A DNA stretch of 64,000 bases. Source: a virus (Duplodnaviria > Caudoviricetes). Below the pieces are notes generated by a model. That model did not search any database and was not told the DNA's origin. It was given only the letters and a program-made list of their open reading frames with translations. Location of the stretch: IMG/VR virus record IMGVR_UViG_3300031784_000002. The stretch is one strand, 5' to 3'. The position numbers and the translations under genes are program-made. Every line of letters starts with the position of its first letter. Within the stretch, counting starts at the first letter, position 1. Shown here one piece after another: positions 1 to 9,319 of the stretch.

Positions 1-2
1 TT

Positions 3-476
<474 letters not shown>

Positions 477-502
477 TAAAAACTGAATAACTGATATAAT
501 TA

Positions 503-527
503 GAGGGTGTAACAACCCTCTTTTTTT
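503..527 (+). terminator. Rho-independent terminator after psbA
   Basis: GAGGGT-gtaaca-ACCCTC then T7. Confidence 0.85.
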
Positions 528-650
528 ATGGCTCATAATAATCAACACCATCCTATGGAATCCTGGATAATCTGGGCAGGAGTAGGTATGATGGTATTTA
601 CAGTTCTTGTGTTTGTCTTATTCACTCTCGGTCAAATTTATTGGGGATGA
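528..650 (+). CDS. 40-aa single-TM membrane peptide between psbA and psbD
   Basis: Read by hand (below ORF-track cutoff): MAHNNQHHPMESWIIWAGVGMMVFTVLVFVLFTLGQIYWG*. Confidence 0.7.
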   Translation: MAHNNQHHPMESWIIWAGVGMMVFTVLVFVLFTLGQIYWG

Positions 651-663
651 GTACAAACACTCA

Positions 664-692
664 TTGACTCCCTTGTTAAGTAATGTTAAGAT
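664..692 (+). promoter_or_regulatory. sigma70-type promoter of psbD with 10-bp-period direct repeat
   Basis: TTGACT-N17-TAAGAT; TGTTAAG at 674 and 684; SD AGGAGG just before ATG 719. Confidence 0.75.
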
Positions 693-718
693 AAATATGA
701 GAAATAACTAAGGAGGTT

Positions 719-1780
719 ATGACTTCTTCTACACTTTCACAACCAATTTCACAACGAGGATGGTTCGATGTACTCGACGACTGGCTTAAGAGAGATCGTT
801 TCGTTTTTGTTGGCTGGTCTGGACTTCTTCTTTTTCCCACTGCTTACCTTGCTCTTGGTGGTTGGCTTACTGGGACAACTTTCGTTACGAGTTGGTATAC
901 TCACGGGCTTGCGAGTTCCTATCTTGAGGGTGCAAACTTTCTTACTGCAGCAGTTAGCACTCCAGCAGATTCTATGGGTCATTCTCTTCTTCTTCTCTGG
1001 GGTCCTGAGGCTCAAGGGGATATCGTCAGGTGGTTCCAACTTGGGGGACTCTGGACTTTTGTGGCGCTCCACGGGGTTTTCAGCCTGATTGGGTTTATGC
1101 TTCGTCAGTTTGAGATTGCTCGCCTGGTCGGCATCCGTCCTTATAACGCAATCGCATTCTCTGGTCCTATTGCAGTCTTCGTGAGCGTCTTTCTGATGTA
1201 TCCACTGGGGCAATCCAGTTGGTTCTTCGCACCTTCATTTGGTGTAGCAGCAATCTTCAGGTTCCTACTATTCTTACAAGGTTTTCATAACTGGACTCTT
1301 AACCCTTTCCATATGATGGGAGTTGCTGGTATACTGGGTGGAGCACTACTCTGTGCGATTCACGGAGCAACTGTAGAAAATACTCTGTATGAAGATGGCG
1401 AGCAAGCAAATACATTCAAAGGATTTGAACCTACGCAAGAGGAAGAGACTTACTCGATGGTTACTGCAAACCGATTCTGGTCACAGATTTTTGGTATTGC
1501 TTTCAGTAATAAGCGTTGGCTTCATTTCTTCATGCTTTTCGTTCCCGTTATGGGCCTTTGGACTTCTTCTATCGGTATTATTGGTCTGGCTCTTAATCTT
1601 CGTGCTTACGACTTTGTAAGTCAGGAGATTCGTGCAGCAGAGGACCCAGAGTTTGAAACCTTCTATACTAAGAACATTCTATTGAATGAAGGTCTACGTG
1701 CTTGGATGGCTCCTGTTGATCAACCTCATGAGAACTTTGTGTTCCCAGAAGAGGTCTTGCCGAGAGGTAACGCTCTCTGA
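719..1780 (+). CDS. psbD: Photosystem II D2 protein
   Basis: [23 protein letters not shown]...[10 protein letters not shown], full length, uninterrupted. Confidence 0.99.
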   Translation: MTSSTLSQPISQRGWFDVLDDWLKRDRFVFVGWSGLLLFPTAYLALGGWLTGTTFVTSWYTHGLASSYLEGANFLTAAVSTPADSMGHSLLLLWGPEAQGDIVRWFQLGGLWTFVALHGVFSLIGFMLRQFEIARLVGIRPYNAIAFSGPIAVFVSVFLMYPLGQSSWFFAPSFGVAAIFRFLLFLQGFHNWTLNPFHMMGVAGILGGALLCAIHGATVENTLYEDGEQANTFKGFEPTQEEETYSMVTANRFWSQIFGIAFSNKRWLHFFMLFVPVMGLWTSSIGIIGLALNLRAYDFVSQEIRAAEDPEFETFYTKNILLNEGLRAWMAPVDQPHENFVFPEEVLPRGNAL

Positions 1781-1787
1781 TATAATA

Positions 1788-1812
1788 GAGGGTCTTTAGG
1801 CCCTCTTTTTTT
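1788..1812 (+). terminator. Rho-independent terminator after psbD
   Basis: GAGGGTC-ttta-GGCCCTC then T7. Confidence 0.85.
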
Positions 1813-2082
1813 ATGTTATATATTTTTTCTAAGACGGATTGTGGACCATGCATCCTAGTTAAAAAATATTTTAAAACCATGAATGATCCTAGAACGGAAT
1901 CTATAAAAGAGATTCTTCTGGATGTTGGTCAAGAAGAGAGTATTGAATTTGCTAAAAAACACTCCATTACTGCAACTCCAACTCTTATTATTGTTGATGC
2001 AAATGGAGATAAAGCTGAAGAATATGTTGGAGCTGTTCCAATTACACAAAACATTGTAAAATTGTTAGATGATTACGCATAA
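1813..2082 (+). CDS. Thioredoxin-like protein
   Basis: DCGPC active site; ITATPTLII cis-Pro motif; 89 aa. Confidence 0.85.
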   Translation: MLYIFSKTDCGPCILVKKYFKTMNDPRTESIKEILLDVGQEESIEFAKKHSITATPTLIIVDANGDKAEEYVGAVPITQNIVKLLDDYA

Positions 2083-2083
2083 A

Positions 2084-2200
2084 GTGATAAGTTCTGAGAC
2101 GCCTTACAAACTCGCAGAGATAATTAGAGACACTTGGCCTCAACTTTATATACCATCAAAGGATAAGGAAAAACCCGATGAACCTCCCAAAAAACTTTGA
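2084..2200 (+). CDS. Small hypothetical protein (GTG start)
   Basis: Hand-read MISSETPYKLAEIIRDTWPQLYIPSKD...; fills the intergenic gap. Confidence 0.5.
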   Translation: MISSETPYKLAEIIRDTWPQLYIPSKDKEKPDEPPKKL

Positions 2201-2387
2201 ACAAACTTCTGACGAACCTTATGTTCGTCATGAATATAAGTTAGTTTATTCTAATGATCAGTCTGTTGTATTTGATAATTATGAGGATCTGAGACGATCC
2301 TGGTGGGAGACACCCGATCAGTTTTTGAGTCACGTTGAAGTTTTGGATAAGAAAAAAAAGAAAACAAAAACCAAAGGATTTTCCTAA
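2178..2387 (+). CDS. Hypothetical protein
   Basis: ORF track; stop overlaps next ATG. Confidence 0.7.
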   Translation: MNLPKNFEQTSDEPYVRHEYKLVYSNDQSVVFDNYEDLRRSWWETPDQFLSHVEVLDKKKKKTKTKGFS

Positions 2388-2692
2388 TGAAAAAGTATAA
2401 TGAAGAGTATTTTTCAGTAATTGATAAAAAAACTGGAAAAAAACTATTGGATTGTGGTGATGAAATTGATGCCATTACTATGGTAAATTTTGCCCCACAC
2501 AATCGCACTTATACTCGTAATAAATTTTTGATGGGCCAAGTTGTGGATATTGAAATGCCTAAGTCACTTCCTACAAATGAGATTGTTGTGAATATGGATG
2601 GTGGTGTTGGCGGTTCTTGGGAGGTTAAAGAACCAGAAAAATTACCCCAAATTAAACTTCCAGAGGGACAACAAGAACCTTTTAGGGTATGA
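2387..2692 (+). CDS. Hypothetical protein
   Basis: ORF track; coupled on both sides. Confidence 0.7.
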   Translation: MKKYNEEYFSVIDKKTGKKLLDCGDEIDAITMVNFAPHNRTYTRNKFLMGQVVDIEMPKSLPTNEIVVNMDGGVGGSWEVKEPEKLPQIKLPEGQQEPFRV

Positions 2693-2829
2693 GTAAGTTT
2701 AAGTATCCCAACGACCCACCTGATGCCAAGTGCCCTTATTGTGGGGAGTCTGGTAAACCTTGTTCCCATATAGACAGTATGGCCAGGGCGTATGCTCGTG
2801 GTGTTTGTAAAAAGAAAAATCAAAATTAG
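2689..2829 (+). CDS. Small Cys-rich (Zn-finger-like) protein
   Basis: Hand-read MSKFKYPNDPPDAKCPYCGESGKPCSH...GVCKKKNQN; ATGA overlap. Confidence 0.6.
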   Translation: MSKFKYPNDPPDAKCPYCGESGKPCSHIDSMARAYARGVCKKKNQN

Positions 2830-2917
2830 CCTTTGGCTTCATTTTGACCCTAAAAAATTTCCCGGTAAAAAATGACCCCATAGGATTTTCCTATATAATA
2901 TCTGATGTTGTGTTTTT

Positions 2918-3073
2918 ATGCCAAAAAATCAGTTGTTGAAAGATGAGTTTAAGGTTAGAGTTATGAAATTGAAACATCAACTCCAATCTGAACATAAGTA
3001 TCCTGGAGAAAAAGAACTTGCCAATAAGTACTTAGATGAAGTATTATTCATTATTGATCAGTATTCTAGATGA
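2918..3073 (+). CDS. Small hypothetical protein
   Basis: Hand-read MPKNQLLKDEFKVRVMKLKHQL..., 51 aa. Confidence 0.6.
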   Translation: MPKNQLLKDEFKVRVMKLKHQLQSEHKYPGEKELANKYLDEVLFIIDQYSR

Positions 3074-3076
3074 GTT

Positions 3077-3400
3077 ATGACTCTACCACAACAAGAACAC
3101 AACTCTCTAATTGCCACTAGAGAGTTTCTAGTTGATTTAATGAATTCCAAAAAAATTCCTGGAGTTCCAGAAAAAGTTAGGTTATCTGCCAGAGCTCTTC
3201 TGAAACACTATCCAATGCGTCATAAAATTGATGAACTTTATTCTGGGAATACATTTTCAGAATATGTCTCATCCAATAAATCTGATATTACTGAAGAAGA
3301 ACAGGAAAATAATAATAGAATCTATAACAATAATCAAACTTGGGAAACTCCAGGATTTAAATGGAAAACTGAGGTTGAGTTTGTTCCTGCAGAGTCGTAA
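3077..3400 (+). CDS. Hypothetical protein
   Basis: ORF track. Confidence 0.7.
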   Translation: MTLPQQEHNSLIATREFLVDLMNSKKIPGVPEKVRLSARALLKHYPMRHKIDELYSGNTFSEYVSSNKSDITEEEQENNNRIYNNNQTWETPGFKWKTEVEFVPAES

Positions 3401-3410
3401 GACTCTTCAC

Positions 3411-3481
3411 GGGGAATTAGTTAAACGGTATAACGGGTGCTTTGCAAGCACTTATTAGGAGTTCGATTCTCCTATTCTCCA
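3411..3481 (+). tRNA. tRNA-Ala(UGC)
   Basis: Cloverleaf: acceptor GGGGAAT/ATTCTCC with the G3:U70 Ala determinant; anticodon loop TTTGCAA; T-loop TTCGATT; CCA not encoded. Confidence 0.92.
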
Positions 3482-3484
3482 TTC

Positions 3485-3512
3485 TTGACAAATAGGCTAA
3501 ATAACTTATAAT
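3485..3512 (+). promoter_or_regulatory. sigma70 promoter with embedded late-type CTAAATA
   Basis: TTGACA-N16-TATAAT. Confidence 0.75.
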
Positions 3513-3535
3513 TACTAGGTGTTTAGTATTCGTTT

Positions 3536-3709
3536 ATGAAAGTTCCTAACAAATCTGAATTGATGCACCTTCGCCTTCAAGCTTTTATGCGTGAATTTAG
3601 ATGTGATGATATTGAATATATTGGGATAAAGAAAGGAGAACATTATTATCGAATTGCTGATCACGAAGTACCAGTATCATCTATCGAAGATTTAGAGGAA
3701 GTATCATGA
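3536..3709 (+). CDS. Small hypothetical protein
   Basis: Hand-read MKVPNKSELMHLRLQAFMRE..., 57 aa, directly after promoter. Confidence 0.65.
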   Translation: MKVPNKSELMHLRLQAFMREFRCDDIEYIGIKKGEHYYRIADHEVPVSSIEDLEEVS

Positions 3710-3903
3710 CAAAGCCTTATTTCATTTACGATGCAGAGTCAAAACGAGACAAATGGAATCGAGGATTGGACTTGTTTATTGAAAGTGTACATAAACCTGA
3801 TAACGAATTGAGACAAGCTGCTCATGATCAAAAATGTTTTCATGAACTTATGGATGTAAGAGATACGGTTCTGGAATATCTAAAAACAATTCGTTGGGAG
3901 TGA
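3706..3903 (+). CDS. Hypothetical protein
   Basis: ORF track; ATGA coupling. Confidence 0.7.
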   Translation: MTKPYFIYDAESKRDKWNRGLDLFIESVHKPDNELRQAAHDQKCFHELMDVRDTVLEYLKTIRWE

Positions 3904-3904
3904 T

Positions 3905-4147
3905 ATGGAATACTACTACGTTTGGTTTTTTCTATTTGTAATAGCTGCATATTTTATTGTAACTGACAATAGTGTATCGCAAGCAGTTTATTATGTTAGT
4001 AAACTTTTAAAATTTCAATATGAAAAAACTAAGTGGTGGGTATTTAATAATCCTCGTAATCCCATAGTAAAATATTTAATGTGGAGACGGGCGATGAAAC
4101 TTGCAAAAGAGTTAGAAAAAGAATTTAACAAAAATAATGGCAGTTAA
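3905..4147 (+). CDS. Hypothetical membrane protein
   Basis: N-terminal hydrophobic segment. Confidence 0.7.
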   Translation: MEYYYVWFFLFVIAAYFIVTDNSVSQAVYYVSKLLKFQYEKTKWWVFNNPRNPIVKYLMWRRAMKLAKELEKEFNKNNGS

Positions 4148-5315
4148 ATTAATATGTTTTGAACCCTGGAGAGGAGTTGGTATAACCAAGTATGATAGTG
4201 GATTTGGAGATAGAATTAGATTTTGGGTTTTAGCACATCACCTTTCTACTATTATTAATGATGTGCAAATAATTGTAGAAGAAAAATATTGGCCTGAATT
4301 ATTATTAATTGATTTTCCAAATACTACCTCACAAGATATTTCTTCATTGAAGTTATCTAAAAATCAATTACTCCCAATTAGTTGTGAAAAAGTTAGAAAT
4401 ATTATATTAACTGGAGATATTAATTTATTAAATTCTTCTGACGACACTTACTATTATTTTAATTTTTCTATACATCATATTGGCGATATCTTTGGTGGAC
4501 TTGATATCACATACAACTTCATGATGCATAATGCTATATCAAAGATTAAATTGAATGTACCTGATGCTTCCAATTTTATGCAACAGGAATTTTCAGATTG
4601 TTGTTGCATACATTTGCGAAGAGGTAATGGAACTTTTCCTACTTTAAAATTCTTAAGTGAGATGGAACGATTTTTATCGAAAGAAGTTGTGGATTCTTAT
4701 TGGAAAACATTTCATAAAGAAAGGTTGGGAAATTCTGTAAATTCAAAACAATATAAGTATTATGATTTTTTAATCGAAAGAGATACTGATATTGAAAAAA
4801 AAGATTTACCCACAAACACAACCCTTCGAGACTTTAATTGGGTAAATGAATATAAAATCATAACAGATGAAGATTATTTTAATTTAATCATTAATACTAT
4901 TCTCAAAGAAAATTGCAATCAAAAAATTTACATAAGTTCAGATATTCCCAGAAAATATTATTCATATTACTATGATAATTTTCCAAGTAATATAATAGAT
5001 GAAACTCTTTATTTTGAGACATTCTTAAAATTTTATGAAAACAAATTTCCCCCAGAAAAATTAGAAAAAAAATATTCAGTTCCAGTTTCTAAAGTTTTTG
5101 AAAATGTATTTGACTTAATGATTGGGTGTTATTCAAAAACAATAGTTAAATCAACTTCGAATTGGAGTAAGATTGCTTCATTGTATAAAAGAAAAAAAAT
5201 TATACACGCAGGAAGAGTAACGTCAGTCAATTCTTTGGGAAATTGGATTTTTATGGATGGGGAGATTGACTTTAAGGATGAATTCCTCTATAATCAAGTG
5301 AATTCCAAAATTTGA
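4137..5315 (+). CDS. Putative GT-B fucosyltransferase-like glycosyltransferase (GT11/GT23-like)
   Basis: GFGDRIR; CIHLRRGNG; IYISSD; DLMIGCYSKTIVKSTSNWSKIASL match the three fucosyltransferase motifs. Confidence 0.6.
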   Translation: MAVKLICFEPWRGVGITKYDSGFGDRIRFWVLAHHLSTIINDVQIIVEEKYWPELLLIDFPNTTSQDISSLKLSKNQLLPISCEKVRNIILTGDINLLNSSDDTYYYFNFSIHHIGDIFGGLDITYNFMMHNAISKIKLNVPDASNFMQQEFSDCCCIHLRRGNGTFPTLKFLSEMERFLSKEVVDSYWKTFHKERLGNSVNSKQYKYYDFLIERDTDIEKKDLPTNTTLRDFNWVNEYKIITDEDYFNLIINTILKENCNQKIYISSDIPRKYYSYYYDNFPSNIIDETLYFETFLKFYENKFPPEKLEKKYSVPVSKVFENVFDLMIGCYSKTIVKSTSNWSKIASLYKRKKIIHAGRVTSVNSLGNWIFMDGEIDFKDEFLYNQVNSKI

Positions 5316-5316
5316 T

Positions 5317-5574
5317 ATGATGACAGAACGTATTCTAAACCTTCGAAACATTGCTTTTTTTGGACTCACACTCCTAATCGGTGGGTCTATTGGATCTGCT
5401 GGTGGATCTTCTCGTTCTACACAAGATACTTTGATTCTCTGTAATCAAAGGCCTCACGAATGCAAGTTCAAGTATGACATTTTAATGTATGAAAAGGAGG
5501 GGAGAGTTCCTTACGTTGACCCGGCTAAAGTTCAACCCAAAACTCAAACTAAAGTTCAAACTGAAACAAAATGA
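5317..5574 (+). CDS. Hypothetical membrane/secreted protein
   Basis: N-terminal TM segment. Confidence 0.65.
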   Translation: MMTERILNLRNIAFFGLTLLIGGSIGSAGGSSRSTQDTLILCNQRPHECKFKYDILMYEKEGRVPYVDPAKVQPKTQTKVQTETK

Positions 5575-5810
5575 AAGATCTTAGAATCCCAAGGTTTCCT
5601 TCTCATAATATTAAAAAAGATGATTATGTAAAGTTTGTCGGTTGCACTCGGGAACAAGTCAACTGGGGAAATAATACTGATCCAACTGACCTATTAATTC
5701 ATGGTGGAATTTATTATGTACAAGAGATAATTGTAAAATCATCTCATACTAAATTAATTCTTCGTGGAGTTGAGGGAAAATTTAATAGTGTGTGTTTTGA
5801 GAGAATGTAA
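5571..5810 (+). CDS. Hypothetical protein
   Basis: ORF track; coupled. Confidence 0.7.
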   Translation: MKDLRIPRFPSHNIKKDDYVKFVGCTREQVNWGNNTDPTDLLIHGGIYYVQEIIVKSSHTKLILRGVEGKFNSVCFERM

Positions 5811-6031
5811 TGTCTCTTTCTGACAAAGCAAAAATCTATTACAATGTTTGGTGTTGTGCTTATCGTAGAAGATACGAAGCAAAAATAAAACAAGACTGGG
5901 CATTGTATGAAAGAGAACATTCAACATTGTTGATGTGTCTGAATATGAAAGACGCTAAGTGGGTTATATTTGACAGTGATAAAAAATATAACATTTTACT
6001 GTCCCTTGACAAAACCCTTGAGTCAGAGTAG
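5810..6031 (+). CDS. Hypothetical protein
   Basis: ORF track; coupled. Confidence 0.65.
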   Translation: MSLSDKAKIYYNVWCCAYRRRYEAKIKQDWALYEREHSTLLMCLNMKDAKWVIFDSDKKYNILLSLDKTLESE

Positions 6032-6034
6032 TAT
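6006..6034 (+). promoter_or_regulatory. sigma70 promoter
   Basis: TTGACA-N17-TAGTAT. Confidence 0.55.
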
Positions 6035-6062
6035 AGTGGACGAGAAATGAAGGTTCAAACAG

Positions 6063-6206
6063 ATGAGGTGTAAAGTGCAACTCTATGTTGCTGGTAAGGT
6101 ATTCGATGAGATTGTCGAAGCCAGAGATTATAGAGAAGCGAGAGAAGTAGCTCTTGCACGAAATCCAAATGCAAAAGTTATTGGTGTTACAGCTACATTC
6201 AAATGA
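6063..6206 (+). CDS. Small hypothetical protein
   Basis: Hand-read MRCKVQLYVAGKVFDEIVEARDYREAREVALARNPNAKVIGVTATFK. Confidence 0.65.
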   Translation: MRCKVQLYVAGKVFDEIVEARDYREAREVALARNPNAKVIGVTATFK

Positions 6207-6418
6207 AAAATAAAAGTCATCAAGTAAAGTCTAAGTGGTATTACATCTTCTGGGGTGTTATGGCTGTTGCCGTAGTGGGAGGTCAAATTTATGTTGGGTC
6301 AGGTTATCGTGAAATGGCAGAAGCAACAAAGGGTTCTGATATTCGTATAACTTGTGAAGTCTTTCCTCCATATATTCCTCCAGTAAAAAAAAGTAACAAC
6401 ACAAGGAAATTCGAGTAA
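6203..6418 (+). CDS. Hypothetical membrane protein
   Basis: TM segment WYYIFWGVMAVAVVGG. Confidence 0.65.
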   Translation: MKNKSHQVKSKWYYIFWGVMAVAVVGGQIYVGSGYREMAEATKGSDIRITCEVFPPYIPPVKKSNNTRKFE

Positions 6419-6612
6419 TGTTTTCTATACATGATCTTCAACATGATGAACGCCGTTATGGTTGGATTGTAGATAAACATTACGATTGGATTAATATGTT
6501 AAATAAAATGCAAAAAAATAATCCAAGACGATTCAAAGAATTTCGTTATTCACAAGAAACCATCTATAACCATATAGATAGATTGCAACAAGAACAGAAC
6601 TTGTACGATTAG
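6418..6612 (+). CDS. Hypothetical protein
   Basis: ORF track; coupled. Confidence 0.65.
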   Translation: MFSIHDLQHDERRYGWIVDKHYDWINMLNKMQKNNPRRFKEFRYSQETIYNHIDRLQQEQNLYD

Positions 6613-6616
6613 AATA

Positions 6617-7597
6617 ATGAATAAAAAAATTATCAAGGTAATTCAAAAAGATGATTCTTTGATGCAACTGACTTGGGTAATTAATAATATCTGTAACAAT
6701 AGATGTTCTTATTGTGTACCTGCACTGAATAGTGGTATTGGTCACCATTATAGTTGGGAAAATGCTGACAAATTTTTAGATAAATTATTTGAAAAGTATC
6801 CTAAAGTTCACTGTTCTATAAGTGGAGGAGAACCAAGTCTTAGTCCTTTCTTTCCAGATCTTGTAAAAAAGTTTAATTATTCTGGAAATACTGTAGGTAC
6901 AACTAGTAATGCTTTCCAACCAGTAGAGTATTGGAAAGACGTTTCAAAATATTTGTACTATATTTGTTTTTCATATCACCCAGAATTTCCAGTCAAAGAC
7001 TTTAGAAAAAAAGTAATTGCTTCTAGTCTTAATACTTACGTTACAGTAAGAATTATGATGCTTCCATCTGCCTGGGATCATTGTGTAGAAGTGTTTAATT
7101 CTTTGAAAAATGTTCCTACTCTTCTTGTAGAACCTGTTAGAATTTTAGACTGGGGTGGTTCAAATAGAGAGGCTCACATTTATACCAAAAAACAGTTAGA
7201 TTGGTTTGAAAAAAAAGAAGTCTTACAAGCTCATATTAAACCAATGGGCCACTTAATTGATATAAAAGAACCTGTAGACACAGAATCTTCCTTTCAATTA
7301 GATGATGGATCTATTGTATCAGGTAATGATGCAAATCCTCTTCAATTCATTAACTTTGGAATGACTAACTTTGAAGGATACACTTGTGAAATAGGATTGA
7401 AAAGTTTGTTCGTCCATTATCATGGAGGAATACAAATGGGAAATTGTATGGTTGGAGGATTTATTGGAGAAATAGAAAATTTTGAAAACATTCAATGGCC
7501 GACAGAACCAGTTATTTGCAATAAAACTGAATGTCATTGTGCTACTGATGTCAACGTAAGTAAATGGGCGCCAAACTATGATGAATACATACAATGA
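6617..7597 (+). CDS. Radical SAM enzyme with C-terminal Cys (twitch/SPASM-like) extension
   Basis: CNNRCSYC (CxxxCxxC); ISGGEP; TTSN; C-terminal C...GNC...CNKTECHC. Confidence 0.88.
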   Translation: MNKKIIKVIQKDDSLMQLTWVINNICNNRCSYCVPALNSGIGHHYSWENADKFLDKLFEKYPKVHCSISGGEPSLSPFFPDLVKKFNYSGNTVGTTSNAFQPVEYWKDVSKYLYYICFSYHPEFPVKDFRKKVIASSLNTYVTVRIMMLPSAWDHCVEVFNSLKNVPTLLVEPVRILDWGGSNREAHIYTKKQLDWFEKKEVLQAHIKPMGHLIDIKEPVDTESSFQLDDGSIVSGNDANPLQFINFGMTNFEGYTCEIGLKSLFVHYHGGIQMGNCMVGGFIGEIENFENIQWPTEPVICNKTECHCATDVNVSKWAPNYDEYIQ

Positions 7598-7617
7598 GGA
7601 GTATCTAAACTACTAAA

Positions 7618-8091
7618 ATGAGCGAAGTTCAATTCAAGAAACATAGAGTGTTCCGCGAAACAGAAGCGGTAGTATTCTATGATATTTCTGTAGATGGTTC
7701 TAACGCACAGGACCTTGTATGTCACACTGGACCTGCTATCTCTCCACCCGATGACATTGTGGGGGCTAAACAATTTTATATTCATTATCACCAGATTGAT
7801 CACAACCGTGTTTTATCTGGTCTTCGCACATTTGAACTAGTAAACCCTGAGTGGAGATACCCATATCATATCGTTCATCTGAATCGCAGTTCTGGTGCTC
7901 TCGTCATTCCTAAAATGACATTTCATCGTTCATACTCTGGTGCAGAAGGATCAATAGTTATCAATCAAGCTATTCGTGACGAAGAGTTTGATCCAGAAAC
8001 AGAATTTGTTCCAGTCTCTGCTGCAAAAAATCCAGATCTTTATCACATTCTTGCTCACGAAAAACCCGTAATCCACACTCTTGGTGAATAA
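7618..8091 (+). CDS. Cupin-like conserved hypothetical protein
   Basis: HYHQIDHN...VIPKMTFHRS cupin-like His spacing. Confidence 0.55.
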   Translation: MSEVQFKKHRVFRETEAVVFYDISVDGSNAQDLVCHTGPAISPPDDIVGAKQFYIHYHQIDHNRVLSGLRTFELVNPEWRYPYHIVHLNRSSGALVIPKMTFHRSYSGAEGSIVINQAIRDEEFDPETEFVPVSAAKNPDLYHILAHEKPVIHTLGE

Positions 8092-8094
8092 CTC

Positions 8095-8268
8095 ATGGTC
8101 ATTTCTACTGGTGAAAAATTTCCATATCCTATGTTTCCATACCGACTTGAATTAATGGATGGTAAGGACAAACGAATTTGTTGGTTCGAATGTCAGGAAC
8201 ATGTGGACAGATTCTTGAAGAGACAAAATTTGAAGAAAAAAGACTACACTTTGGAGATTAAAAAGTAA
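8095..8268 (+). CDS. Small hypothetical protein
   Basis: Hand-read MVISTGEKFPYPMFPYRLEL...; TAATG coupling. Confidence 0.6.
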   Translation: MVISTGEKFPYPMFPYRLELMDGKDKRICWFECQEHVDRFLKRQNLKKKDYTLEIKK

Positions 8269-8480
8269 TGGCTGATTATGATTGGATTGACGATTGTTTC
8301 CGAGTGGAAGAAAAACGATGGGGAACTTGGACTTCTTACGATAAAGAAGAAAAAGAACTTCTTACTTCTCTTCATAAGGATGGATGTATCAATGCAACTC
8401 GTTGGTATTTGAAAAATAAACAAGAAGGGTTTGTAGAAAACTCTATTAAATATGAGGGGGTTGTAGGAGGAAAACTCTGA
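8268..8480 (+). CDS. Hypothetical protein
   Basis: ORF track; coupled. Confidence 0.7.
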   Translation: MADYDWIDDCFRVEEKRWGTWTSYDKEEKELLTSLHKDGCINATRWYLKNKQEGFVENSIKYEGVVGGKL

Positions 8481-8746
8481 TGTATGTTCCACAGGTTAAC
8501 GATTACGTTATCTGGAATGATGGAAAAGGTGTGGAGGGTTGGGTCTATTTTAAAGACGATGCATACATAACGATTGAAGTTTGTGTGCGGCCTAAAGACT
8601 GTATAAATTATGAAGCTTGTTCTTTACATCGTAATGAACGACTTTTAGTATTATGTTATCACGGCCAATGGAAGGAATTATCATATGTCAGATCTAGAGA
8701 ATCAGTCTATGAAGAAACGGAAAACATTATGGCGTTGGTGGGCTAA
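8480..8746 (+). CDS. Hypothetical protein
   Basis: ORF track; coupled. Confidence 0.7.
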   Translation: MYVPQVNDYVIWNDGKGVEGWVYFKDDAYITIEVCVRPKDCINYEACSLHRNERLLVLCYHGQWKELSYVRSRESVYEETENIMALVG

Positions 8747-8942
8747 AGCACTTGGAGAAAAGGCATCTAAATGTGATAGAGAATCAGATTCTGTTGCTCG
8801 GATACGCACCTTTATTTTTATTACTTACTTGGTTACTAACTGTTTTATTGTGGCTGGAGTAATTCGACATTGGAATGATACCTCTCCAGTAATTTACATA
8901 GAGATTAAACAAGAAGATGGACCACAACTCCCAGAAGTCTAG
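8709..8942 (+). CDS. Hypothetical membrane protein
   Basis: Likely start MKKRKTLWRWW; one TM segment. Confidence 0.65.
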   Translation: MKKRKTLWRWWAKALGEKASKCDRESDSVARIRTFIFITYLVTNCFIVAGVIRHWNDTSPVIYIEIKQEDGPQLPEV

Positions 8943-9319
8943 TACTACACCACTTATTATTGTATTGGGAATTCTTTTTTTGCTTGACCTGGCCATAATA
9001 GGTGGTATACTGTATAAGGGACACGCAAACTTTTCAGAATTATTTAAACATTTGAATCATGGCTAAAAGAACTTACACAATCGAAAAGAAAGATCCAACA
9101 CACGCTCAAGTATGGGAATGGAATGAAACTCCAGAATTGGTTAAACTCCTTAAAGAATTACACTCAAACAAGTCCACATCCAGCACTGGATCCAACAACT
9201 CCGTGGTATGATTGGTTATGTTACTGTGAAATCTGCGAAAGTCTAGGGCCCATCCCAGGGCAACCTTCTCTTCGCAGATTTATGTCATATAGGAGATATC
9301 TCAAAGAAGTAGGTGTATT

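Noticed and set aside
3411-3481. Reading the tRNA as Cys (GCA)
   Set aside because: The 5-bp stem and 7-nt loop place TGC at 34-36, and G3:U70 is the Ala determinant
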